Shown one piece after another: positions 54,701-64,000 of a DNA stretch of 64,000 nt (its first letter is position 1; the number at the start of each line of letters is the position of its first letter). The DNA is taken from the NCBI GenBank assembly GCA_964016885.1, contig OZ024750.1, positions 44,826,001-44,890,000 of the forward strand, written 5' to 3'. Position numbers and translations under genes: made by a program. The notes beneath the pieces are model-generated. The model had not been told where the DNA came from, made no database searches, and saw only the letters and a list, made by a program, of their open reading frames with translations. The DNA is from Eledone cirrhosa (lineage: Eukaryota).

Positions 54701-57700
54701 TGTTGTTGTTGATGTTATTGGTGTTGTTGTTGGTGATGGTATTGGGGTTGTTGTTGGTGATGGTATTGGTGTTGTTGTTGGTGATTGTATTGATGTTGTT
54801 GTTGGTGATGGTATTGGTGTTGTTGTTGGTGATGGTATTGGTGTTGTTGTTGGTGATTGTATTGATGTTGTTGTTGTTGATTGTATTGGGGTTGTTGTTG
54901 GTGATGTTATTGGTGTTGTTGTTGGTGATGTTATTGGTTTTGCTGTTGGTGATGGTATTGGTGTTGTTGTTGGTGATGGTATTGGTGTTGTTGTTGGTGA
55001 TTGTATTGGGGTTGTTGTTGGTGATGTTATTGGTGTTGTTGTTGGTGATGTTATTGGTTTTGCTGTTGGTGATGGTATTGGGGTTGTTGTTGGTGATGGT
55101 ATTGGTGTTGTTGTTGGTGATTGTATTGATGTTGTTGTTGGTGATGGTATTGGTGTTGTTGTTGGTGATGGTATTGGTGTTGTTGTTGTTGATTGTATTG
55201 GGGTTGTTGTTGGTGATGTTATTGGTGTTGTTGTTGGTGATGGTATTGGGGTTGTTGTTGGTGATGGTATTGGTGTTGTTGTTGTTGATGTTATTGGTGT
55301 TGTTGTTGGTGATGGTACTGGTGTTGTGGTTGGTGATTGTATTGGTGTTGTTGTTGGTGATGTTATTGATGTTGTTGTTGTTGATGTTATTGGTGTTGTT
55401 GTTGGTGATGGTATTGGTGTTGTTGTTGGTGATGGTATTGGGGTTGTTGTTGGTGATGGTATTGGGGTTGTTGTTGGTGATGGTATTGGTTTTGTTGTTG
55501 GTGATGGTATTCGTGTTGTTGTTGTTGATGGTATTGGTGTTGTTGTTGGTGATGGTATTGGTGTTGTTGTTGGTGATGGTATTGGTGTTGTTGTTGGTGA
55601 TGGTATTGGTGTTGTTGTTGGTGATGGTATTCGTGTTGTTGTTGGTGATGGTATTGGTGTTGTTGTTGGTGATGGTATTCGTGTTGTTGTTGGTGATGGT
55701 ATTGGTGTTGTTGTTGGTGATGGTATTGATGTTGTTGTTGGTGATGGTATTCGTGTTGTTGTTGGTGATGGTATTGGTGTTGTTGTTGGTGATGGTATTC
55801 GTGTTGTTGTTGGTGATGGTATTGGTGTTGTTGTTGGTGATGGTATTCGTGTTGTTGTTGGTGATGGTATTGGTGTTGTTGTTGGTGATGGTATTCGTGT
55901 TGTTGTTGGTGATGGTATTGGTGTTGTTGTTGGTGATGGTATTCGTGTTGTTGTTGGTGATGGTATTGGTGTTGTTGTTGGTGATGGTATTCGTGTTGTT
56001 GTTGGTGATGGTATTGGTGTTGTTGTTGGTGATGGTATTCGTGTTGTTGTTGGTGATGGTATTGGTGTTGTTGTTGGTGATGGTATTCGTGTTGTTGTTG
56101 GTGATGGTATTGGTGTTGTTGTTGGTGATGGTATTGAGGTTGTTGTTGGTGATGGTATTGGTGTTGTTGTTGGTGATGGTATTCGTGTTGTTGTTGGTGA
56201 TGGTATTGGTGTTGTTGTTGGTGATGGTATTGGTGTTGTTGTTGGTGATGTTATTGGTGTTGTTGTTGGTGATGGTATTGGTGTTGTGGTTGGTGATGGT
56301 ATTGGGGTTGTTGTTGGTGATGGTATTCGTGTTGTTGTTGGTGATGGTATTGGGGTTGTTGTTGGTGATGGTATTCGTGTTGTTGTTGGTGATGGTATTG
56401 GGGTTGTTGTTGGTGATGGTATTCGTGTTGTTGTTGGTGATGGTATTGGGGTTGTTGTTGGTGATGGTATTCGTGTTGTTGTTGTTGATGGTATTGGTGT
56501 TGTTGTTGGTGATGGTATTGGTGTTGTTGTTGGTGATGGTATTCGTGTTGTTGTTGGTGATGGTATTGGTGTTGTTGTTGGTGATGGTATTGGTGTTGTT
56601 GTTGGTGATGGTATTGGTGTTTTTGTTGGTGATGGTATTGGTGGTGTTGTTGGTGATGGTATTGGTGTTGTTGTTGGTGATGCTATTGGTGTGGTTGTTG
56701 GTGATGGTATTGGTGTTGTTGTTGGTGATGGTATTCGTGTTGTTGTTGGTGATGGTATTCGTGTTGTTGTTGGTGATGGTATTGGTGTTTTTGTTGGTGA
56801 TGGTATTGGTGTTGTTGTTGGTGATGGTATTGGTGTTGTTGTTGGTGATGCTATTGGTGTGGTTGTTGGTGATGGTATTGGGGCTGTTGTTGGTGATGGT
56901 ATTGGGGTTGTTGTTGGTGATGGTATTGGTGTTGTTGTTGGTGATGGTATTGGTGTTTTTGTTGGTGATGGTATTGGTGTTGTTGTTGGTGATGGTATTG
57001 GTGTTGTTGTTGGTGATGCTATTGGTGTGGTTGTTGGTGATGGTATTGGGGCTGTTGTTGTTGATGGTATTGGTGTTGTTGTTGGTGATGGTATTGGTGT
57101 TGTTGTTGGTGATGGTATTGGTGTTGTTGTTGGTGATGGTATTGGTGTTGTTGTTGGTGATGGTATTCGTGTTTTTGTTGGTGATGGTATTGGTGTTGTT
57201 GTTGGTGATGGTATTGGTGTTGTTGTTGGTGATGGTATTCGTGTTGTTGTTGGTGATGGTATTGGTGTTGTTGTTGGTGATGGTATTGGGGTTGTTGTTG
57301 GTGATGGTATTGGTGTTGTTGTTGGTGATGGTATTGGTGTTTTTGTTGGTGATGGTATTGGTGTTGTTGTTGGTGATGGTATTGGTGTTGTTGTTGGTGA
57401 TGCTATTGGTGTGGTTGTTGGTGATGGTATTGGGGCTGTTGTTGTTGATGGTATTGGTGTTGTTGTTGGTGATGGTATTGGTGTTGTTGTTGGTGATGGT
57501 ATTGGTGTTGTTGTTGGTGATGGTATTGGTGTTGTTGTTGGTGATGGTATTCGTGTTTTTGTTGGTGATGGTATTGGTGTTGTTGTTGGTGATGGTATTG
57601 GTGTTGTTGTTGGTGATGGTATTCGTGTTGTTGTTGGTGATGGTATTGGTGTTGTTGTTGGTGATGGTATTGGGGTTGTTGTTGGTGATGGTATTGGTGT

Positions 57701-60700
57701 TGTTGTTGGTGATGGTATTGGTTTTGTTGTTGGTGATGGTATTAGGGTTGTTGTTGGTGATGGTATTGGTGTTGTTGTTGGTGATGGTATTGGTTTTGTT
57801 GTTGGTGATGGTATTAGGGTTGTTGTTGGTGATGGTATTGGTGTTGTTGTTGGTGATGGTATTGATGTTGTTGTTGGTGATGGTATTGGTGTTGTTGTTG
57901 GTGATGGTATTCGTGTTGTTGTTGGTGATGGTATTGGTGTTGTTGTTGGTGATGGTATTCGTGTTGTTGTTGGTGATGGTATTGGTGTTGTTGTTGGTGA
58001 TGGTATTGGTGTTGTTGTTGGTGATGGTATTGGGGTTGTTGTTGGTGATGGTATTGGGGTTGTTGTTGGTGATGGTATTGGTGTTGTTGTTGGTGATGGT
58101 ATTGGTTTTGTTGTTGGTGATGGTATTCGTGTTGTTGTTGGTGATGGTATTGGGGTTGTTGTTGGTGATGGTATTGGTGTTGTTGTTGGTGATGGTATTA
58201 GGGTTGTTGTTGGTGTTGGTATTGGGGTTGTTGTTGGTGATGGTATTGGTTTTGTTGTTGGTGATGGTATTGGTGTTGTTGTTGGTGATGGTATTGGTGT
58301 TGTTGTTGGTGATGGTATTGGGGTTGTTGTTGTTGATGGTATTGGTGTTGTTGTTGGTGATGGTATTGGGGTTGTTGTTGGTGATGGTATTGGTTTTGTT
58401 GTTGGTGATGGTATTAGGGTTGTTGTTGGTGATGGTATTGGTGTTGTTGTTGGTGATGGTATTGGGGTTGTTGTTGGTGATGGTATTGGTGTTGTTGTTG
58501 GTGATGGTATTGGTGTTGTTGTTGGTGATGGTATTGGTTTTGTTGTTGGTGATGGTATTGGTGTTGTTGTTGGTGATGGTATTGGTGTTGTTGTTGGTGA
58601 TGGTACTGGTGTTGTTGTTGGTGATGGTATTGAGGTTGTTGTTGTTGATGGTATTGGTGTTGTTGTTGGTGATGGTATTGGGGTTGTTGTTGGTGATGGT
58701 ATTGGTGTTGTTGTTGGTGATGGTATTGGGGTTGTTGTTGGTGATGGTATTGGTGTTGTTGTTGGTGATGGTATTGGGGTTGTTGTTGGTGATGGTATTG
58801 GTGTTGTTGTTGGTGATGGTATTGGGGTTGTTGTTGGTGATGGTATTGGTGTTGTTGTTGGTGATGGTATTGGTGTTGTTGTTGGTGATGGTATTGGTTT
58901 TGTTGTTGGTGATGGTATTGGTGTTGTTGTTGGTGATGGTATTGGGGTTGTTGTTGGTGATGGTATTGGTGTTGTTGTTGGTGATGGTATTGGTGTTGTT
59001 GTTGGTGATGGTATTGGGGTTGTTGTTGGTGATGGTATTGGTGTTGTTGTTGGTGATGGTATTGGTGTTGTTGTTGGTGATGGTATTGGTTTTGTTGTTG
59101 GTGATGGTATTGGTGTTGTTGTTGGTGATGGTATTCGTGTTGTTGTTGGTGATGGTATTGGTGTTGTTGTTGGTGATGGTATTGGTGTTGTTGTTGGTGA
59201 TGGTATTCGTGTTGTTGTTGGTGATGGTATTGGGGTTGTTGTTGGTGATGGTATTGGTGTTGTTGTTGGTGATGGTATTCGTGTTGTTGTTGGTGATGGT
59301 ATTGGTTTTGTTGTTGGTGATGGTATTGGTGTTGTTGTTGGTGATGGTATTCGTGTTGTTGTTGGTGATGGTATTGGTTTTGTTGTTGGTGATGGTATTG
59401 GGGTTGTTGTTGGTGATGGTATTCGTGTTGTTGTTGGTGATGGTATTGGGGTTGTTGTTGGTGATGGTATTGATGTTGTTGTTGGTGATGGTATTGGTTT
59501 TGTTGTTGGTGATGGTATTAGGGTTGTTGTTGGTGATGGTATTGGTGTTGTTGTTGGTGATGGTATTGATGTTGTTGTTGGTGATGGTATTGGTGTTGTT
59601 GTTGGTGATGGTATTGGGGTTGTTGTTGGTGATTGTATTGATGTTGTTGTTGGTGATGGTATTGGTGTTGTTGTTGGTGATGGTACTGGTGTTGTTGTTG
59701 GTGATGGTATTCGTGTTGTTGTTGGTGATGGTATTGGGGTTGTTGTTGGTGATGGTATTGGTGTTGTTGTTGGTGATGGTATTCGTGTTGTTGTTGGTGA
59801 TGGTATTGGTGTTGTTGTTGGTGATGGTACTGGTGTTGTTGTTGGTGATGGTATTCGTGTTGTTGTTGGTGATGGTATTGGGGTTGTTGTTGGTGATGGT
59901 ATTGGTGTTGTTGTTGGTGATGGTATTCGTGTTGTTGTTGGTGATGGTATTGGGGTTGTTGTTGGTGATGGTATTGGTGTTGTTGTTGGTGATGGTATTC
60001 GTGTTGTTGTTGGTGATGGTATTGGGGTTGTTGTTGGTGATGGTATTGATGTTGTTGTTGGTGATGGTATTGGTTTTGTTGTTGGTGATGGTATTAGGGT
60101 TGTTGTTGGTGATGGTATTGGTGTTGTTGTTGGTGATGGTATTGATGTTGTTGTTGGTGATGGTATTGGTGTTGTTGTTGGTGATGGTATTGGGGTTGTT
60201 GTTGGTGATTGTATTGATGTTGTTGTTGGTGATGGTATTGGTGTTGTTGTTGGTGATGGTATTCGTGTTGTTGTTGGTGATGGTATTGGTGTTGTTGTTG
60301 GTGATGCTATTGGTGTTGTTATTGGTGATGGTATTGGTGTTGTTGTTGGTGATGGTATTGGTGTTGTTGGTGATGGTATTGGTGTTGTTGTTGGTGATGG
60401 TATTGGTGTTGTTGTTGGTGATGGTATTGGTGTGGTTGTTGTTGATGGTATTGGGGTTGTTGTTGGTGATGGTATTGGTGATGTTGTTGGTGATGGTATT
60501 GGTGTTGTTGTTGTTGTTGATGGTATTGGGGTTGTTGTTGGTGATGGTATTGGTGATGTTGTTGGTGATGGTATTGGGGTTGTTGTTGGTGATGGTATTG
60601 GGGTTGTTGTTGGTGATGGTATCGGTGTTGTTGTTGGTGATGGTATTGGTGTTGTTGTTGTTGATGGTATTGGGGTTGTTGTTGGTGATGGTATTGGTGT

Positions 60701-63700
60701 TGTTGTTGTTGATGGTATTGGTGTTGTTGTTGGTGATGGTATTGGTGTTGTTGTTGGTGATGGTATTCGTGTTGTTGTTGGTGATGGTATTCGTGTTGTT
60801 GTTGGTGATGGTATTGGTGTTGTTGTTGGTGATGCTATTGGTGTTGTTATTGGTGATGGTATTGGTGTTGTTGTTGGTGATGGTATTGGTGTTGTTGGTG
60901 ATGGTATTGGTGTTGTTGTTGGTGATGGTATTGGTGTTGTTGTTGGTGATGGTATTGGTGTGGTTGTTGTTGATGGTATTGGGGTTGTTGTTGGTGATGG
61001 TATTGGTGATGTTGTTGGTGATGGTATTGGTGTTGTTGTTGTTGTTGATGGTATTGGGGTTGTTGTTGGTGATGGTATTGGTGATGTTGTTGGTGATGGT
61101 ATTGGGGTTGTTGTTGGTGATGGTATTGGTGTAGTTGTTGGTGATGGTATTGGGGTTGTTGTTGTTGATGGTATTGGGGTTGTTGTTGGTGATGGTATTG
61201 GTGTTGTTGTTGGTGATGGTATTGGTGTTGTTGTTGGTGATGGTATTGGGGTTGTTGTTGGTGATGGTATTGGGGTTGTTGTTGGTGATGGTATTGGTGT
61301 TGTTGTTGGTGATGGTATTGGTGTTGTTGTTGGTGATGGTATTGGTGTTGTTGTTGGTGATGGTATTGGGGTTGTTGTTGGTGATGGTATTGGTGTTGTT
61401 GTTGATGATGGTATTGGTGTTGTTGTTGGTGATGGTATTGGGGTTGTTGTTGGTGATGGTATTGGTGTTGTTGTTGGTGATGGTATTGGTGTTGTTGTTG
61501 GTGATGGTATTGGTGTTGTTGTTGGTGATGGTATTGGGGTTGTTGTTGGTGATGGTATTGGGGTTGTTGTTGGTGATGGTATTGGTGTTGTTGTTGGTGA
61601 TGGTATTGGTGTTGTTGTTGATGATGGTATTGGTGTTGTTGTTGGTGATGGTATTGGGGTTGTTGTTGGTGATGGTATTGGTGTTGTTGTTGGTGATGGT
61701 ATTGGTGTTGTTGTTGGTGATGGTATTGGTGTTGTTGTTGATGATGGTATTGGGGTTGTTGTTGTTGATGGTATTGGTGTTGTTGTTGGTGATGGTATTG
61801 GGGTTGTTGTTGGTGATGGTATTGGGGTTATTGATGGTGATTGTATTGGGGTTGTTGTTGGTGATGGTATTGGGGTTGTTGTTGGTGATGGTATTGGGGT
61901 TATTGATGGTGATTGTATTGGGGTTGTTGTTGGTGATGGTATTGGTGTTGTTGTTGGTGATGGTATTGGTGTTGTTGTTGGTGATGGTATTGGGGTTGTT
62001 GTTGGTGATGGTATTGGGGTTGTTGTTGGTGATGGTATTGGTGTTGTTGTTGGTGATGGTATTGGGGTTGTTGTTGGTGATGGTATTGGGGTTGTTGTTG
62101 GTGATGGTATTGGGGTTGTTGATGGTGATTGTATTGGGGTTGTTGTTGGTGATGGTATTGGTGTTGTTGTTGGTGATGGTATTGGTGTTGTTGTTGGTGA
62201 TGGTATTGGGGTTGTTGTTGGTGATGGTATTGGGGTTGTTGTTGGTGATGGTATTGGGGTTGTTGTTGGTGATGGTATTGGGGTTGTTGTTGGTGATGGT
62301 ATTGGGGTTGTTGATGGTGATTGTATTGGGGTTGTTGTTGGTGATGGTATTGGGGTTGTTGTTGGTGATGGTACTGGTGTTGTTGTTGGTGATGTTATTG
62401 GTGTTGTTGTTGGTGATGGTATTGGGGTTGTTGATGGTGATGGTATTGGTGTTGTTGTTGGTGATGGTATTGGTGTTGTTGTTGGTGATGGTATTGGGGT
62501 TGTTGTTGGTGATGGTATTGGGGTTATTGATGGTGATTGTATTGGGGTTGTTGTTGGTGATGGTATTGGTGTTGTTGTTGGTGATGGTATTGGTGTTGTT
62601 GTTGGTGATGGTATTGGGGTTGTTGTTGGTGATGGTATTGGGGTTGTTGTTGGTGATGGTATTGGGGTTGTTGATGGTGATTGTATTGGGGTTGTTGTTG
62701 GTGATGGTATTGGGGTTATTGATGGTGATTGTATTGGGGTTGTTGTTGGTGATGGTATTGGTGTTGTTGTTGGTGATGGTATTGGTGTTGTTGTTGGTGA
62801 TGGTATTGGTGTTGTTGTTGGTGATGGTATTGGGGTTGTTGTTGGTGATGGTATTGGGGTTGTTGTTGGTGATGGTATTGGGGTTATTGATGGTGATTGT
62901 ATTGGGGTTGTTGTTGGTGATGGTATTGGTGTTGTTGTTGGTGATGGTATTGGTGTTGTTGTTGGTGATGGTATTGGGGTTGTTGTTGGTGATGGTATTG
63001 GGGTTATTGATGGTGATTGTATTGGGGTTGTTGTTGGTGATGGTATTGGTGTTGTTGTTGGTGATGGTATTGGTGTTGTTGTTGGTGATGGTATTGGGGT
63101 TGTTGTTGGTGATGGTATTGGGGTTATTGATGGTGATTGTATTGGGGTTGTTGTTGGTGATGGTATTGGTGTTGTTGTTGGTGATGGTATTGGTGTTGTT
63201 GTTGGTGATGGTATTGGTGTTGTTGTTGGTGATGGTATTGGGGTTGTTGTTGGTGATGGTATTGGGGTTGTTGATGGTGATTGTATTGGGGTTGTTGTTG
63301 GTGATGGTATTGGGGTTGTTGTTGGTGATGGTACTGGTGTTGTTGTTGGTGATGTTATTGGTGTTGTTGTTGGTGATGGTATTGGGGTTGTTGATGGTGA
63401 TGGTATTGGTGTTGTTGTTGGTGATGGTATTGGTGTTGTTGTTGGTGATGTTATTGGTGTTGTTGTTGGTGATGGTATTGGGGTTGTTGATGGTGATGGT
63501 ATTGGTGTTGTTGTTGGTGATGGTATTGATGTTGTTGTTGGTGATGGTATTGGTGTTGTTGTTGGTGATGGTATTGGTGTTGTTGTTGGTGATGGTATTG
63601 GTGTTGTTGTTGGTGATGGTATTGGGGTTGTTGTTGGTGATGGTATTGGGGTTGTTGATGGTGATGGTATTGGGGTTGTTGTTGGTGATGGTATTGATGT

Positions 63701-64000
63701 TGTTGTTGGTGATGGTATTGGTGTTGTTGTTGGTGATGGTATTGGTGTTGTTGTTGGTGATGGTATTGGTGTTGTTGTTGGTGATGGTATTGGGGTTGTT
63801 GTTGGTGATGGTATTGGGGTTGTTGATGGTGATGGTATTGGTGTTGTTGTTGGTGATGGTATTGGGGTTGTTGTTGGTGATGGTATTGGGGTTGTTGTTG
63901 GTGATGGTATTGATGTTGTTGTTGGTGATGGTATTGATGTTGTTGTTGGTGATGGTATTGGTGTTGTTGTTGGTGATGGTATTGGTGTTGTTGTTGGTGA
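48715..64000. repeat. >15-kb 24-bp minisatellite (GGTGATGGTATTGGTGTTGTTGTT), running off the window end
   Basis: Direct periodicity with variant units in regional blocks. Confidence 0.97.

Noticed and set aside
48715-61134. Plus-strand VMVLVLLL ORFs up to 2528 aa
   Set aside because: The product would be implausibly all-hydrophobic, it is interrupted by TAG variants, and it is repeat-derived.

Overview
AT-rich, microsatellite-saturated, largely non-coding animal DNA, probably cephalopod (Octopus-like), inferred from the SINE and LINE repertoire and the (TA)n density. No intact protein-coding gene is supported; nearly all listed ORFs are microsatellite or minisatellite artefacts. The main signal is a set of short non-coding elements carrying minimal type I hammerhead ribozymes (CUGANGA...GAAA, with a short, often palindromic stem III). 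They fall into at least six sequence families and mostly sit inside (TA)n tracts as head-to-head inverted arms with ribozyme-sense 3' ends facing outward. They include a near-perfect 310-bp tandem array with 15 complete ribozymes and an internal inversion (2711-7405), an element whose two arms are circular permutations of a ~590-nt monomer (31922-32935), and two families with a compensatory U3-A8 core (UUGANAA). This fits retrozyme-like or Penelope-mobilised non-autonomous retroelements that target TA repeats. Also present are many tRNA-derived SINEs (tandem, nested, some with target-site duplications), three decayed LINE 3' ends (RTE/RTEX-like, R4-like, L1/Tx1-like), a weak candidate promoter with 5' exons near 28.2-28.8 kb, and two large G/T-rich 24-bp minisatellites filling most of 38.6-64 kb. 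All structures were read by eye, not computed.
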